This document shows, piece by piece, positions 62,038-64,000 of a DNA stretch of 64,000 nt; within the stretch, counting starts at the first letter, position 1; each line of letters starts with the position of its first letter. Both the position numbers and the translations under genes were made by a program. Source of the stretch: Mobula hypostoma (lineage: Eukaryota); the NCBI RefSeq assembly GCF_963921235.1, contig NC_086097.1, forward strand, positions 33,916,001-33,980,000. The letters are read 5' to 3'. The notes beneath the pieces are model-generated. The model had not been told where the DNA came from. It did no database searches and saw only the letters and a list, made by a program, of their open reading frames with translations.

Positions 62038-63959
62038 CAATGATTCCTGGTTAATTGGGATGACATCGGGACTATTACATTTTGGCTCAATTAAGCAGCT
62101 GTCCCAGTTAGTTGGGAATAGTTAAAAAAAAGTATAAAAAAAGACAAGCTACCATTTCACTGAGTAACACACTATGTAGTTAAATGAAATGCAGAACTAA
62201 TTAGAACACTCCCAATGCCACCACGGTATGAAAAATCAGTGTATTAGATGATGATGATTATGAAGACACGTGAAGTCCTCTTTTATTGTCATTTAGTAAT
62301 GCATGCATTAAGAAATGATACAATATTTCCTCCGGTGTGATATCACAAAAACAGGACAGACCGAGACAAAAAATCTGATAAAACCACATAATTATAACAT
62401 ATAGTTACAACAGTGCAACAATACCATAACTTGATGAAGAAGTCCATGAGCACAGTGAAGCTCAAAGTTTCTCAAATGTCCCACATCTCAGGCAGACGGG
62501 AGAAGGAAGAAAACTCTCCCTGCCATGCCGACCACAATCCGACTCTGAGTCATCTGAAAACTTCGAGCTCTGATTAGCTCTCCGACACCGAATACTGAGC
62601 GCCATCTCTGTCTGAATGATTCGACCTCCTTCTCGGTCGCCAAAAGCAGGCAAGGCCAGGGATTTTGAGGCCTACCCTCCGAAAGATTCCAGACCACACA
62701 GTAACGACAGCAGCGAACGGGCATTTCAGAAATTTCTCCAGATGTTCCTCTGTGCTTTCATGTCCATTCTCCATCAATAGTTTCTAATAGCTGTCGATGG
62801 ATGAATTCATCCAGTGTACTCTGCCATGTCTATGATGTTCAGGGAGGGTTAGCACCTCTGGTGAAGGGGCGTGTGTCTTTTTGGGGACAGCTCAATCACC
62901 TTTGGTCCCCAGCAGACACTCAGCTCTCATCTGTCGCTCCAAGTAGCTGTTTGCAAGTGACAGTGGTCATATCCCACTTTACCGTTTCAACAGGTGGGCT
63001 AAACCAGGTGAGGGTAGCCGAAGGGCCTTGTACCCAGTGGAATAGGGACAAGCCTGTCCCAGCATGTGAAGTCAGTTCCGGCGGACTGGCAAATGAGATC
63101 AACAGTGAGATCCAACTGCCAATAAGGTGGCTCTGCAATATTTTGTGGAGAGAGAAGGGCATAATATGGCACGGAAGTCATGGTTATCCACTGTACCCAA
63201 GGAAGACCCCAGTTTGTGATGACTGTTCATATCACTGGACCCAGACTCATGAAGTCGAGAGAGTCAAACTGTCTCAGTACAACAGCTTTTCAGTTTTACA
63301 AGCTCTCCCACACAGGTGTCACTGTCATCATCAGATATGATGGACAACCAATATGCTCCATGTTCTTTTGATTGACTATAAATGACCAAAACTAGTACAC
63401 ATACCTAGTGCAGGTAATGGACTGTCTTCATATAATGCTTTCGACAATTGCATCCTCCAAATCTTCACTTTCATTGTAGCATTCAAGCCAATTGTCAATA
63501 TCTTCAAATTACTCATAGCTCCTAACTTATTAAAGTAGTGAAATCATCTCATTTTCACTCCTGGTTATTTATGGCATCTTCAAGCCTGAATGTTTGAAAC
63601 CACAGTGAGCAAAACAATTCTAAATTGCCTTACTGCTTATTTCTCACCAACTATCAATAACAAAAATCACTGCTTTTTGAACACAAGCACACACAACTGA
63701 TGCTCTTTAAAAACTGTTTGCTCTAAGCATGGTGTGGTGTCTAACGGCCAGTAAAGTTCACGCGACTGATGCTAGTTAGAAACTGTTTGGCAACAGTCTC
63801 CTGTCCCAATTAAGCGGCATAGTATCTCAAAGAAATGAATAAAATCTTGATTAGTTCAATTTTAATCTCAATTTTCTCAATTAGTTTTTGTTCTTTAAGA
63901 GTTGTCCCAACCAAGTGGCTGCCTGATTGACCAATGGACTAATTAATCAGAATCCACTG
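62038..63959. mobile_element. Second copy of the 17936-18748 Tigger-type element, inverted, with two nested insertions (~62248-62776, ~62830-63357)
   Basis: TA-flanked TIRs (CAATGATTCCTGGTTAATTGGG / AATTAATCAGAATCCACTG); internal sequence is the reverse complement of the first copy once the insertions are removed. Confidence 0.85.
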
Positions 63960-64000
63960 TATTTAAATATCTTCTAAAGTGATATCATAAATCATTCAGT

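Noticed and set aside
47780..64000. Upstream SLC24A4 exons
   Set aside because: No matching peptides found by eye. They are presumed to lie beyond the window, although very short exons could have been missed.

Overview
Vertebrate nuclear DNA, most likely a cartilaginous fish (ray/shark). This is inferred from HE1/V-type tRNA SINEs, abundant CR1 LINEs and Penelope-like elements. The whole window lies inside the 3' half of a minus-strand K+-dependent Na+/Ca2+ exchanger gene, best matching SLC24A4 (NCKX4). Seven coding exons with GT-AG borders can be read (47779-47634, 43731-43579, 29630-29464, 19227-19113, 11112-11000, 7728-7663, 919-767 incl. stop) and join in one open frame; earlier exons lie beyond the right edge. 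The introns are packed with mobile elements: many CR1 fragments, Penelope-like GIY-YIG elements and their fold-back derivatives, Rex1/Babar-like 3' ends, V-SINEs, Tigger/pogo elements, a full-length hAT transposon with a perfect 8-bp TSD, and a degenerate 5S rRNA-derived sequence. Main points of interest: (1) the exon encoding the conserved middle of the NCKX4 cytoplasmic loop appears absent, and the next exon seems to use a shifted, frame-restoring acceptor; (2) several minimal hammerhead ribozyme motifs occur in Penelope-derived repeats, including a ~275-bp palindrome with a hammerhead core in each arm; (3) a young-looking complete hAT element. Comparisons to human/fish proteins and repeat consensuses are from memory and need database confirmation. 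Repeat boundaries are approximate unless TIR/TSD evidence is given.
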